Shown here one piece after another: positions 30,720 through 41,230 of a stretch of 64,000 nt of DNA. The notes under the pieces were generated by a model. The model did not search any database and was not told the DNA's origin. It was given only the letters and a program-made list of their open reading frames with translations. Position 1 is the first letter of the stretch. Each line of letters begins with the position of its first letter. This DNA is from Methanomassiliicoccaceae archaeon (GTDB taxonomy: Archaea > Thermoplasmatota > Thermoplasmata > Methanomassiliicoccales > Methanomassiliicoccaceae). Position numbers and translations under genes: made by a program. The stretch covers positions 256,001 through 320,000 of the forward strand of contig CAVSJV010000017.1 of NCBI GenBank assembly GCA_963728405.1, read 5' to 3'.

Positions 30720-31568
30720 ATGAAGCGGACTGAGGACTCCACGATCCTTATAACTGGCTCCACAGACGGCATAGGGAAGCGGACCGCCCGCGACCTGGCC
30801 GCCTTCGGCGCAAGGGTGTTACTGCACGGACGCGATCCGGAAAAGGGGCTGGCCGTTCTGAGCGAGATCGAGGGCGCCACCGGCAGCGGAAAACTGGAGT
30901 ACTACAACGCCAACTTCTCTGCGCTGGATGAGGTGAGGCGCTTGGCTTCCGCGGTGGCAGAGGATCACCCCCGCCTCGATGTGCTCATCAACAACGCAGG
31001 CATAGGCACCGGAAGGAGGGGAGAGGAGAAGAGGGAGGTCAGTGCCGATGGGTATGAGCTGCGTTTCGCCGTGAACTACCTGGCGCCCTTCCTCCTGACC
31101 CGGCTCATGATACCGACGTTGCGCCGGTCAGCACCCGCGAGGATAGTGAACGTTTCCTCGCTCGGACAGAGCCCCATCAACTTCGGTGACCTCATGATGA
31201 AGGAAAGGTATGATGCCTGGGACGCCTATGGACAGAGCAAGCTTGCCATTGCCATGCTCACCTTTGATCTGGCCGAGGAGCTCAAGGATGATGGGGTCAC
31301 CGTCAACGCGGTCCACCCCGGCTCACTCCTCGACACCAAGATGGTCAGGGAGGCGTATGGTCAGGCCAGGGGTGACGTCCAGACCGGCGCAGACTCGATC
31401 ATATTCCTAGCTACCTCTCCTGATCTGGAGGGCGTTACCGGCAGATTCTTCGACCGAAGGAGAGGGGCGATGGCGAACCGCATGGCCTACGACCGCGGCG
31501 CTAGGGAAAGGCTGTTCCGCTTGAGCTGCGAGCTTACCGGGCTTAGAAGGATGCCTCCATTCCCCTGA
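30720..31568 (+). CDS. Short-chain dehydrogenase/reductase
   Basis: TGSTDGIG, NNAG, YGQSK, VHPG. Confidence 0.92.
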   Translation: MKRTEDSTILITGSTDGIGKRTARDLAAFGARVLLHGRDPEKGLAVLSEIEGATGSGKLEYYNANFSALDEVRRLASAVAEDHPRLDVLINNAGIGTGRRGEEKREVSADGYELRFAVNYLAPFLLTRLMIPTLRRSAPARIVNVSSLGQSPINFGDLMMKERYDAWDAYGQSKLAIAMLTFDLAEELKDDGVTVNAVHPGSLLDTKMVREAYGQARGDVQTGADSIIFLATSPDLEGVTGRFFDRRRGAMANRMAYDRGARERLFRLSCELTGLRRMPPFP

Positions 31569-31599
31569 CGGACCGGGAACATTTTACCAAGACGAGAGA

Positions 31600-31614
31600 A
31601 TGGCGAGCCCGGGG
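31600..31614. repeat. att-like direct repeat of the tRNA-Arg(TCG) 3' end
   Basis: ATGGCGAGCCCGGGG identical at 31600-31614 and 37051-37065. Confidence 0.8.
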
Positions 31615-31739
31615 CCATCTCTATTTTCCATAGCCAGATGGTATAGGAAAAAGTGTCAATAACGCCAATCCGCCCTAATGGGCGCTTCCGGACAAACCTT
31701 TCTCCATTTAATATTGACGATATGACCGATGAACTGGTG

Positions 31740-31947
31740 TCATTCGTCGGGATTCCGCCACCATGTGGTCGAAAGGCAGGTCCGCGGACCTTCGAGCGCA
31801 CCAACCCGGCGGGTGGGTGGAACTCTCCGGGACCAGGCAGGTAGCATGATGTAGGTCGCCAAGGCGGCAGAGAACATCCATCGCCCAGGCTCGAGCCGGA
31901 CCGCCCTCCCCGGCGAGCGCCCTCTCCTGCTCACGATCAATATGCAT
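31740..31947 (-). pseudogene. N-terminal fragment resembling the aconitase X catalytic subunit
   Basis: MHIDREQERALAGEGGPARAWAMDVLCRLGD..ATCLVP resembles the AcnX N-terminus, then degenerates. Confidence 0.6.
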
Positions 31948-32019
31948 TCAAGCCCACCACATGGCCTAGACCAGTATAGGCGTCATGGGCATCCGATAAC
32001 AGATAATGGCGCCCCCTCG

Positions 32020-33375
32020 CTACTTGCTCTCCTCGGCCCCGGTCTTCTCACAGGGCGCATCCTTGCACCTTCCGAGCGCCATCCTGATCTCCCTGATGGC
32101 CGCCTTCCCTGGGGCGGTGTCCTCTAGATAGTACAGCCATACGCCGACGAAGAGGACGGCAAACCCCAGAGCTATGGTCCTGAGCGGCAGTACTAGGATC
32201 AAGACGAGACAGGAGATCGCCCCCAGTGTCGGGAACAATATGCCCAGGGGCGGTCTGAAGTACTTCTTACCTTCGGTCAGGCTCTTCCCCTTCCTTATGA
32301 GGGCCAGGGCGCTGAGGTTGACCAGGAACATCGTTGCCAGGATGACCGCATTGGTGGTCTCGACGATGAAATCGAGGCCCCCCAGCATGATGAACGCTGC
32401 TGTGATGGCCGACCCCAGGATGATGGAGTTGGCCGGTTGTCCGTTCCTCAGCTTGGCATAACGTCCGGGCAGTTGTTCCTCGCTGGCCATCTCCATGGTG
32501 ACCCTTGACGCCCCCACCAGGTTGGCATTGGCCGAGGAGACCGTGGAGATGGTGGCGGCGAAAGCGATGAGGGCCCCGCCAGCAGCGCCGAAGATCACGT
32601 TCGCGGCATCGAACACGCTCTGTCCACCATAGCTAGGTAGGTTTGCGGCCAGTAGTGCGACGATGGTGCCGACGTAGATCACGGTGACGATGCCTATCGA
32701 GATCAGAATGGCCTGGGGGACCTTCCTGCTGGACTCCTTGACCTCCCCGCCCATCATCGCCGCGACCTGGAAGCCGGTGTAGGCGAAGAACACCATGGTG
32801 GTCCCCTGGACCAGCCCGTTCGTCCCATTGGGCATGAAGGGAGTAAGATCTGAGGCCTGGATGGTCAAGAGGCCGAACACGACCAGAATCAACAATATCC
32901 CGACCTTGGTGGCGACCAGGGCGAACTCGACGATCCCCGCCTCGGCCAGCCCCCGGAGGTTCAGGGCAGCGATGAACAGGAGGGCCGCCAGAGCTAGTAT
33001 CCTGATGTCGACGTTTATCCCTAGCAATAGGTTCAGATATATGCCGAAGCCCAGGAGAACGAATGCCGTGGATATCATGCTGAACGCATACATCCCCCAT
33101 CCCGTCAGGAAGCCGGGGAACTTACCCAGCATCTTGCGTGCGTAGAGGTACCCGCCCCCATCTTCGGGGAATATGCTGGCAAGAGCGGCGTAAGATATCC
33201 CTGAAAAGGTGACCACCACGCCGCCTATCAGGTAGGAGGCGATGGCCGCCGGGCCTGCCGTGTTGATGACGAGCCCGCTAAGGACGAACACCCCCGCCCC
33301 GATCATCGTACCAATGGAGAAGGCTACGGTCATAGCCATCCCCAGTCCCTCGCTCCTCTTGGTGCCCTTTACCAT
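32020..33375 (-). CDS. APC-family amino acid permease
   Basis: GTMIGAGVF, GGGYLY, FFAYTGF...GGEVK; about 12 TMs. Confidence 0.9.
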   Translation of the reverse strand: MVKGTKRSEGLGMAMTVAFSIGTMIGAGVFVLSGLVINTAGPAAIASYLIGGVVVTFSGISYAALASIFPEDGGGYLYARKMLGKFPGFLTGWGMYAFSMISTAFVLLGFGIYLNLLLGINVDIRILALAALLFIAALNLRGLAEAGIVEFALVATKVGILLILVVFGLLTIQASDLTPFMPNGTNGLVQGTTMVFFAYTGFQVAAMMGGEVKESSRKVPQAILISIGIVTVIYVGTIVALLAANLPSYGGQSVFDAANVIFGAAGGALIAFAATISTVSSANANLVGASRVTMEMASEEQLPGRYAKLRNGQPANSIILGSAITAAFIMLGGLDFIVETTNAVILATMFLVNLSALALIRKGKSLTEGKKYFRPPLGILFPTLGAISCLVLILVLPLRTIALGFAVLFVGVWLYYLEDTAPGKAAIREIRMALGRCKDAPCEKTGAEESK

Positions 33376-33726
33376 AGTAAACAGCCTATCCGGAAGGTGG
33401 AACAGAACATTTCTATTCTGACCGTGAGAATGTAAAAGGAATGCATTTTACTTTAATAATGGCCCCAAACCTTCGAGGCTCAGACCCGATGTACGCTCCG
33501 AAGCATGCTCCATCAAGGGTCACGGATGCCCAATATCGTCGATCTGCTCATCCCAGCGATCGAGGTGAACACTGTTGGTCCGCCGAGCACTCTCGAATTT
33601 CGATTCAATAACGGGGTTTTCGTGCACGAGCGCTCGCTGGACAAACCCTTTCTCTTTTTTCCTGATTCAAGCCAGGAGGCCACGCCAAGGGTGCGATAGC
33701 ATGTGAAAGGAGGAATGGGGAGGAGT

Positions 33727-35876
33727 TTAGCCCGTGGCGTTTCCCGTGCCATTACTTGTCTGGGTTGAGTTGTTCTCAGGGACGCTAGGCATGGTTACCG
33801 GCGCCCCCGGCCTGACACTCGGAACAGTTCCGGTGGATCCATTGGCGGGGTTGTTAGTGGTGTTGGTGGGCGTCGCCGGCACGGTGCCGTTGGGTGGCGA
33901 GGAATTGTTCTGAGGGAGCGGGTTGGATCCCGGTTCGAAATTGACCACGGTGGTCGCGGACATGGGGCTCACCGAGCGGTTCTGCCCGTCCACTAGGCGA
34001 AAGCTCATCTCGAACTGCCCGGTCCGGTGGAAGTAGATATAACCGCTCATCTCAGGGTGCCAGGTATCGATGTTGGTGGGCGGTGATGTCTGGCTCATCG
34101 ACTGGTCCGGCTCTGAGGACCCCCAACCGATGATAGTGTGGTCGTCCACCTGCGTCCATACCGGCTCCGTCGAGGCGACCCGGTTAAACACTATCGACCC
34201 ATATATGAGCAAGAGGTCGTCCCCCGTTAGGGTCTGGGGGGAATATATCTGCACCACCCAGTGGTACAGTTCCCTCACCCCAATTAGTATCGTTAATGTG
34301 GTTGACACTCGACCAGTCCAGTTGCTTGCCCCGATCGGTCAGGGTGGTCGTCACAGCATACGTTACCGGGTCCGACGCATTGACCACGAGGTTGTTGGAA
34401 TCCACGTTAGATGACCAGTGGAGCACCGGGGCGTTGAAAAGGTAACCTTCGTCGCTCCCTCCGTTCTCCCCGCTGCCATTAGAGTTGACACGTGCCGTCT
34501 TTTGAATGGATGGTGAGGCCATCAAGTTTGGTGCCAAGTTCCTGCTCACTGTCCCATTGGTAGTATCCCCGATGTAGAATTTTATCGTGTAGTCCCCTGG
34601 CTTCAAGAAGTCAATCCCGGTGGGACCGAATGCCTTGAACATCTCCTTGGTCTCGTTCGCCGGGTCAGTAGCTATCGGCATCTTCTGATTGTTGAAGAGG
34701 TTGTACGGCTCCCTGCTGAGAACGACCCGAACGGTGTGGGAATCAACCTGGACCACCTTCGCCTGAATCCCAAACAAATCCGGTGATGGGAAATACAGTG
34801 GCCCCTTTGCCGAGACATTTACATCATTGGCATTGATGCCGTTGGGGTCGGAAATCTCCATCACGAAGTTCAGATGGACGGCACTATCGTTGAGACGCCA
34901 AGTATGGTCCTGCCCGTAGAGAGTGTTGTCCCTTATGTACTGCAATCCATAGTCGGTCAAATCCGCCGACAGCAGGAGGTAGTAGTCGGTCCCAGTCTTT
35001 AGCTGATCGTCGTCGTAGTGGACCATATCCGCAAAATTGGTTTCAGGAACCTTCTGGCCTGCATACCATCCATCAACGGCGATGTTGTCGTAGATGTACT
35101 GGGTTCCAGTACCTCCGTTCCCTCCGTTCACGCTAATGATTATGGTGATCGAGATGGACTGACACAATTGGGTTCCGGTGGCCGCGTCGTAGGCAGTGAT
35201 GGTGATAGTGAACGTCCCAGCCTTATCGATGGCTAGGTTGATCGGCAGCCACCACTCGCTGCTCTGCCTTGGCGTCCAGGTGTAGCCGAGCGAATGAATC
35301 CCATCGTGGCTCAGGTCGAGCAAGCATCCGCTCGTGACGCCGTCGTGATCGTCATAGGTCACGAAAGAAGGTACGGCATAGGAGGGCGTGCCCTGGTGCT
35401 CTAGCCAGACGAACGAGGTCACCATCGAAGCGTCCGCGCCGCTGATGGTGATGATATTGGTGACATTGCCGCGATATTGCGGTTTATTGTTCTTCTCGTG
35501 CAGGTTCAAGCAGAAGTAGGTGTTGGATGCGGAGGACTCGACCGGCTTGGTGGCCCAGTCCTGAGCAATGGTGTTGATGGCATCAGATGGTGGTGTTAGA
35601 CATGTCGTTAGGTCCGGGTGAAGGCGGGGTCTTGTTCCGATTCTCAGGTACCATCACCGAATTTGGATTAGGCGAAGGCTGGCTCTTGTTCAAGGAAGAG
35701 ATGATCAATGGTGGGTTCGTGGCGTTGTCCTTGATGACCGATGGCGGCACGGCCGGCACATTGTTCTTATCGGAATTGGATAGCAGCGCTGGCCCATTGA
35801 CTATGAGAAAAGACCCTATCAAGATTACTACCAAGGCGACAACAATCCCTGTTACCCAACCGGAACCGAGCCTCAT
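33727..35876 (-). CDS. Large exported hypothetical protein (about 715 aa when joined); frameshifts near 35590 and 34290
   Basis: N-terminal signal anchor, Pro/Asn linkers, beta-rich repeats; frames join across ORFs 35583, 34184 and 33727. Confidence 0.65.
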
Positions 35877-36196
35877 CTACGAATCCCCTGAGGCCGCGAT
35901 TAATAGTTCGAGGTTGCAGTATTTAAACTAAAGGCATTGAAATGCTGGCCGGATGGGATGCTGAACATTTCCGTCACCCAATCGCCGGTGAGTGCAGGAG
36001 TTATAGCTATCATCTTGAATTTCCCCACGTAATATCGTAGCATGGTTAGCTAGCATTATCGACTCCTGATGTTCCCATTTCCTAAAGATCTAACTGAGTT
36101 CAATCTCGACAGTCCACATGCGAGCATGAGACATTCATAACTCACTTTCGGCCACCTCCCCGATAGCTTGATACTTAAAATGGATCACTAACGCTC

Positions 36197-36733
36197 GTGC
36201 TCGACCGCATCGGCGTTAGGGCCATTGAGCTTCAGCACTTGGGCCTAGCTCCTATGGGCGCCCTCATCCTCACCAACCTGGAGGCCGGAGATTCGGTGGA
36301 GCAGGTCGCTAACAGGCTCAATGTCACAATAAAGAGGGTCTGGTTAGCGAGACGCCACGGCGAGAGCATTACGAGAAATCTTGACCTGCCAGGCGATAAC
36401 CTTATGAAAGTCGCCCCATACGCCAACGTTTCAACAAGGGACAAGGACCAGGCCCCCGAGGCCCAATTGCTCAAACTAAGAGACTTCGCCACCGGTCGCA
36501 ACGGCAACCGCCCGGGGCTGAAGAAGCTCCTAAAAGATGCCCGAGCGGGGGAGTTCCAGACGGCGGTAATCATCCGCATTGACCGGATAATGCGCAGTCC
36601 ATCCAACCTCTATGAATTATTCCAGGACTTTGAAACATGGAACGTCTGCATGGTGGCCACTGACCAGGAGATCGATACCAACACGACCACCGGACGGTTG
36701 ATGTTCGGCCTGCTTGGGCCCATTAGCTCATGA
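36197..36733 (+). pseudogene. HTH-like segment followed by a degenerate serine recombinase (resolvase family, from ATG 36404)
   Basis: YANVST (normally YARVS), RPGLKKLL, RIDRIMRS, IDT.T.TGRLMF..L; internal deletion and early stop. Confidence 0.8.
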
Positions 36734-37051
36734 GAACTGGACCCGTTAAGCGACCTAGGCCAGGTTTCAGGGAATATGAGATTGATCGGCTTCAACTAAT
36801 TCTCCTTGCGGTCGTACCGTACTCCTCAACGTTCGCTCCATGTCGGTGATGTCGATGTCGCCAGTTAAGCAGTAAACGGTCGGCCTGATGTAGTCGCCCA
36901 TCACACCACCACGCAATCGTACCTCCATCCGCCCATAGCGGCCTTGCACTCCACGGTGCCCTTCAGGAACGCGTGGAAAGATACCGCGATATTCATTCCT
37001 GCACGAGCACCCGTTATTGACAAAAAATATAAGCCGTCTGGATATGGATGA

Positions 37052-37129
37052 TGGCGAGCCCGGGGGGATTCGAACCCCCGTCATCGGCTTCGAAGGCCGA
37101 AAGGATAATCCAGGCTACCCCACGGGCCC
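37052..37129 (-). tRNA. tRNA-Arg(TCG), CCA encoded
   Basis: GGGCCCG acceptor, TCGGC-CT TCG AA-GCCGA anticodon arm, GGTTCGAATCC T arm. Confidence 0.95.
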
Positions 37130-37419
37130 AGGCACGGCACCTTTCTTGCTCGTACCGCACATGCCAACATATGCTCCGATATAAGATTATCTGCCTTGAT
37201 GATGCATCCCTCTTAAATCCCCATCTGACGAAGTGAGATTTCCCTACCAAGTACTGGGTCAAGGATCTGGCTAGAAGGCGTTCTCGGAGATGTTCGGCAT
37301 CAGGTAGAATAGGGACCTTGCCCTTAACCTCGCCGCCTAGGAGATTTCACCGGGCGATGGTCGGATTTCCGGCGATCATTCCATAGCCCTCCTGGCCGTC
37401 CGAAGTGGATCGTGCATAA

Positions 37420-38244
37420 ATGACCGATATCAACGTTATGAACAAGTGCGAGGCGGAAAAAGCGATCAAGTCAGCCCGCCTTCCCGGGGTCAAGCACAAG
37501 ATCGTCGTCATGAGCGGCAAGGGAGGAGTGGGCAAGTCCACCGTGGCAGTAAATCTGGCCATGGCCCTGGTCAAGCAGGGCCGAGCGGTGGGCATACTTG
37601 ATGCCGACCTACACGGGCCGAGCGTACCAAAACTATTGGGCTGTCCGGACGCCCAGCTCCAGATAGTTGGCCAGCATATCTTACCTGCCGAGGTGGCCCC
37701 GAGGCTCAAGGTTGTTTCTGTCGCATATCTCACTCAGGAGTCCGACGCCCCGGTGGTATGGCGTGGCCCGGTCAAGATGGGGGCGATCAGGCAGTTCATC
37801 GAGGATGTGGAATGGGGTGAGCTCGACTACCTGATCATTGACCTGCCTCCGGGGACCGGGGACGAGCCCCTGAGCGTGGCCCAGCTGGTCCCATCTCCTG
37901 ATGGGGCGGTCATCGTCACCACGCCACAGGACGTGGCCTTGATCAGTGTCAAGAAATCCATCCGGTTCGCCCAGATGCTCGATCTCAACATCATCGGGCT
38001 GGTCGACAACATGAACGGTTACATCTGCCCACGTTGCGGGGAGGCCGCGGATCTATTCGGCGGAGACCTGGCGGTCAAGGTCGCCCAGCAATACGGCATC
38101 CGCTACCTTGGGAAAGTGCCGCTGCACTCCGCGGTAGCCCATAGCGGAGAGGATGGCATCCCATTCGTGCTATCCAGCGGACCGGCCACCGAGGCGTTCG
38201 AACGGATAGTGGCTTCGATCCTCGAGCTAGTGGAGGGCGAATAG
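37420..38244 (+). CDS. mrp: Mrp/NBP35-family Fe-S cluster carrier ATPase
   Basis: SGKGGVGKST, DADLHGPS, WRGP, DLPPGTGDE, CPRCG. Confidence 0.93.
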   Translation: MTDINVMNKCEAEKAIKSARLPGVKHKIVVMSGKGGVGKSTVAVNLAMALVKQGRAVGILDADLHGPSVPKLLGCPDAQLQIVGQHILPAEVAPRLKVVSVAYLTQESDAPVVWRGPVKMGAIRQFIEDVEWGELDYLIIDLPPGTGDEPLSVAQLVPSPDGAVIVTTPQDVALISVKKSIRFAQMLDLNIIGLVDNMNGYICPRCGEAADLFGGDLAVKVAQQYGIRYLGKVPLHSAVAHSGEDGIPFVLSSGPATEAFERIVASILELVEGE

Positions 38245-38395
38245 TCAGGTCCGGCACCGCCCCGTTCGGTGGGCCGGGAAAACCACTTACACTATTTATT
38301 CTACATACTGAAATATTATTAATCCTTTCAATGCAATATTGTTCTGGTCTGTTGTTTCCGAGGGATGCGACACCAGGGAGACAGAGCACGAGGGG

Positions 38396-38704
38396 ATGGT
38401 GCTACTGGACAGAATATTGGAGAACAGCCCGACCTGGTCGCCCAAGGGAAGCCGGGTCGATCCCTACATGGGCGTTGATGAATGGACCAAAGCTTGGATA
38501 TGGCATCACATCCGGAGCTACGTCCTGGAGCGCGACGAGCACACCTGCCAGGTGTGCGGGGACAACACCGAAGAGGTCCAGATGCACCACATTGTATAGA
38601 GGAGCCACAATGGCTCGGACCATCCGAGGAACCTGATGATGGTCTGTGAACGCTGCCACCGGCAGATGCACGCCAGGGAACTGCCCTTGATGATGTACCA
38701 ATAG
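38396..38704 (+). CDS. HNH endonuclease with an in-frame TAG at 38597-38599 (read-through or pseudogene)
   Basis: VLERDEHTCQVCG...HHIV*RSHNGSDHPRNLMMVCERCHRQMH; GAGGGG before ATG. Confidence 0.8.
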
Positions 38705-38893
38705 GAAGATGGTAGGAAAAGGAAACGCTCCCTTATCGCGGAACAGGAGACCCTGTCCACGCCATCCTGGACGGACCGAGCTTCCGAGACCATCGTTCAA
38801 CAAGAGCATCCAGCGGTCTGGGGGCGGACGATCGACACAACCGCATCAGGACGAAGGTCTGGGGGAAGATTTAAACTCAACTTGACGAATCAC

Positions 38894-39946
38894 ATGACCA
38901 TGAAGAGGGTCACCATGGGCGATGGGGCCGGCGGAGAGCTCATGCATGAGCTGCTGTCCCACTATATCATCCCGTTCCTGCCGCAGTTCCCGGTCGAGGT
39001 ACCGCTGCGATCGTTCGACGATTCCGCAGTGGTCGGGGACGTGGTCTTCACCACCGACGGCCACACCGTGAAACCGCTGTTCTATCCCGGAGGGGACATC
39101 GGCTCCCTATCGGTCTGTGGCACCGTGAACGACATCGCGGTGATGGGCGCCACGCCCTTTGCCATGGCACTATCCATGATCCTCGAGGAAGGGTTGGAGA
39201 TCGACGTCCTGGAGAGAGTGATGAAGTCCATTGGCCAATATTCCGAGCTGGCCAACGTCCCTGTGGTCACCGGTGATACCAAGGTGGTGGAGTCGGGCGC
39301 GGTCGACAATATGGTGATCACGACCTCGGCCATCGGTAAGCGCAACGCCTACATGGACCACAACCTGGCCGTGGCCAGGGAATATCGTTCGGTCACATCC
39401 AAGTGGTTGACCGACGACAACATCCAGGACGGGGATGCCATCATCGTGTCGGGAACACTGGGGGACCATGGCATTGCCTTGCTCTCCTTCCGCGAAGGCT
39501 ATGGTTTCGAGACCGAGGTCAAGAGCGATACTGCCCCTCTCAACCGCATCATCGAGGAAGTGCTCAAGCTCGGCGGGGCGGTAAGCATGAAGGACCCCAC
39601 CCGAGGGGGGTTCGCCAACGCCATCAACGAGTGGTCCTCCAAGTCCGGAGTGGGCGTTGAGGTCGAGGAATCGGCCATCCCCATATCTGAGCCGGTCAGG
39701 AACGCCTGCGAGCTTCTAGGCCTCGACCCCCTCACCATCGGCAACGAGGGAAAGGTGGTCATCGGCTGCGTCCCGGAGATGGCCGAAGAGATCGTGAAGC
39801 TCCTGCGCCGCAATCCCCTCGGGAAGAACGCTGCCATCGTGGGCAAGGCCACGAGGAAGTACCAGCGGGTGGTGCTCCGGACCGAGGTCGGCGGACACCG
39901 CATACTGGAACCGCCGGTCGGCGATCCGGTCCCCCGCATCTGCTGA
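38894..39946 (+). CDS. hypE: Hydrogenase maturation protein HypE
   Basis: GAGG, TTDGHTVKPLF.PGGDIG.L..CGTVND, DPTRGG, NEG, C-terminal PRIC. Confidence 0.95.
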   Translation: MTMKRVTMGDGAGGELMHELLSHYIIPFLPQFPVEVPLRSFDDSAVVGDVVFTTDGHTVKPLFYPGGDIGSLSVCGTVNDIAVMGATPFAMALSMILEEGLEIDVLERVMKSIGQYSELANVPVVTGDTKVVESGAVDNMVITTSAIGKRNAYMDHNLAVAREYRSVTSKWLTDDNIQDGDAIIVSGTLGDHGIALLSFREGYGFETEVKSDTAPLNRIIEEVLKLGGAVSMKDPTRGGFANAINEWSSKSGVGVEVEESAIPISEPVRNACELLGLDPLTIGNEGKVVIGCVPEMAEEIVKLLRRNPLGKNAAIVGKATRKYQRVVLRTEVGGHRILEPPVGDPVPRIC

Positions 39947-40540
39947 TCACAGCACCGATTCGATCCAGAAGCAGATCAAGAACGCCGCCACACCGGCCAC
40001 GGCCATCCTCGCACCCTGGGTTAACGGATTGCGTTGGCCCGCCCGGCCCATGAACGCGCCGACCACGAACAATATGCTGATGGCCAGCCCCAGGCTGATG
40101 TAGGCGGCCAGGCGGATGTCCTGTTCCCCGACCACCAGGAAGGGAGTCAGCGTGATAGCCCCGGCGATGACCGGAGCGGTGAAGTTGACCACTGACACCA
40201 CGAAGATGGTGAGTTTCGAAGTGCGGTGTATGTGGGTGTCTTCCAGGGATGTCAGCATCGCCCGTTCCATCTCCCGCATCTTGATCGACTGTTCCATCGT
40301 CTCGGCCTCGAAGACGCTGATGCCGGTGGATATGCCCAAGGCGACGCTGCTGGTGGTGATCGTCACGATCACCAGGCGTAGATTGGGCTCGCTGGAGAAG
40401 GCCGATGCTATCAGGATGCCCAATATCACGAAGGTCGAGTCGAATATCGTGTTGACGAAGAAGCGGCGCAGGGTAGGCCCGGTCTCCGGCTCGTCCAGGA
40501 CCGCCCTTATTCTGACCACCAGACTGTCATCTCTTGCCAA
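39947..40540 (-). CDS. VIT1/CCC1-family membrane transporter
   Basis: RRFFVNTIFD, EAE..E...EME..ML..L, several TMs; TTG start after GGTGG. Confidence 0.75.
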   Translation of the reverse strand: MARDDSLVVRIRAVLDEPETGPTLRRFFVNTIFDSTFVILGILIASAFSSEPNLRLVIVTITTSSVALGISTGISVFEAETMEQSIKMREMERAMLTSLEDTHIHRTSKLTIFVVSVVNFTAPVIAGAITLTPFLVVGEQDIRLAAYISLGLAISILFVVGAFMGRAGQRNPLTQGARMAVAGVAAFLICFWIESVL

Positions 40541-40687
40541 GGTATATCCACCGGAATGTATGACGATTACACATATCACGCTTTCGGGGGGTCAGCACGT
40601 CAAGGAAGACCGGTACAAAACCTCGTTCTCACCATATCCTTCATCTGAGTAATTTTTAATACCACTGCCACATTCAGACACAGGCAC

Positions 40688-40760
40688 GGGCTCATGGTCT
40701 AGCGGTTATGATGCTTGCCTTACACGCAGGATATCGCCGGTTCGAATCCGGCTGAGCCCA
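40688..40760 (+). tRNA. tRNA-Val(TAC)
   Basis: GGGCTCA/TGAGCCC acceptor, CTTGC-CT TAC AC-GCAGG, GGTTCGAATCC; TTTTTAAT box upstream. Confidence 0.95.
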
Positions 40761-41230
40761 CTCTTCTCTTTATCCAGATCTAATTGGTGCGTACATAAGT
40801 TCCACAAGGCAACTTAGTACTGGCTAGCATTAGTATGAATTATATTGAAATCAGTATCTTACTGTCTGGACCTCAAGATGTTTGATCTCACCTTAGGTTG
40901 TAAGCGTCTGGTATCGGCATGATACCGGATGATCGACAAGGACCTCACAAACTGGGGTGGAGATAATGCTTTTTGTATCCAGTGGCCAGGCAGACTTGAC
41001 CGGATCCAGGGCGATCAGCGGTATGAGGTTTAAATTCAGCCCCTTGCACTTCTTCACGGGGTGCTATACAATTGGATAAATTTCGCACCACCTCCATGAG
41101 CGGAGGCTTGTCGTGCTAAGTGACGCCATAATATCAAGTGCATAGCTCATCCCCCCGCTCCTAATTTGGACCAGCATTAATAAAATGGAGTTAGGGTGGA
41201 ATTCTTAAGTAAATCCCAGGGGGAATTAGT

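Larger units (their letters stand above)
31600..37065. mobile_element. Decayed ~5.5 kb integrated element at tRNA-Arg(TCG)
   Basis: Flanking 15-bp direct repeats, serine recombinase remnant, lower-GC cargo, truncated gene at the distal end. Confidence 0.7.

Noticed and set aside
38396-39946. HNH-HypE fusion by double amber read-through: the frame stays open from the second TAG (38702) into hypE
   Set aside because: The 59-codon linker looks non-coding, and a TTTAAA box about 25 nt before hypE ATG 38894 suggests its own promoter; probably chance.
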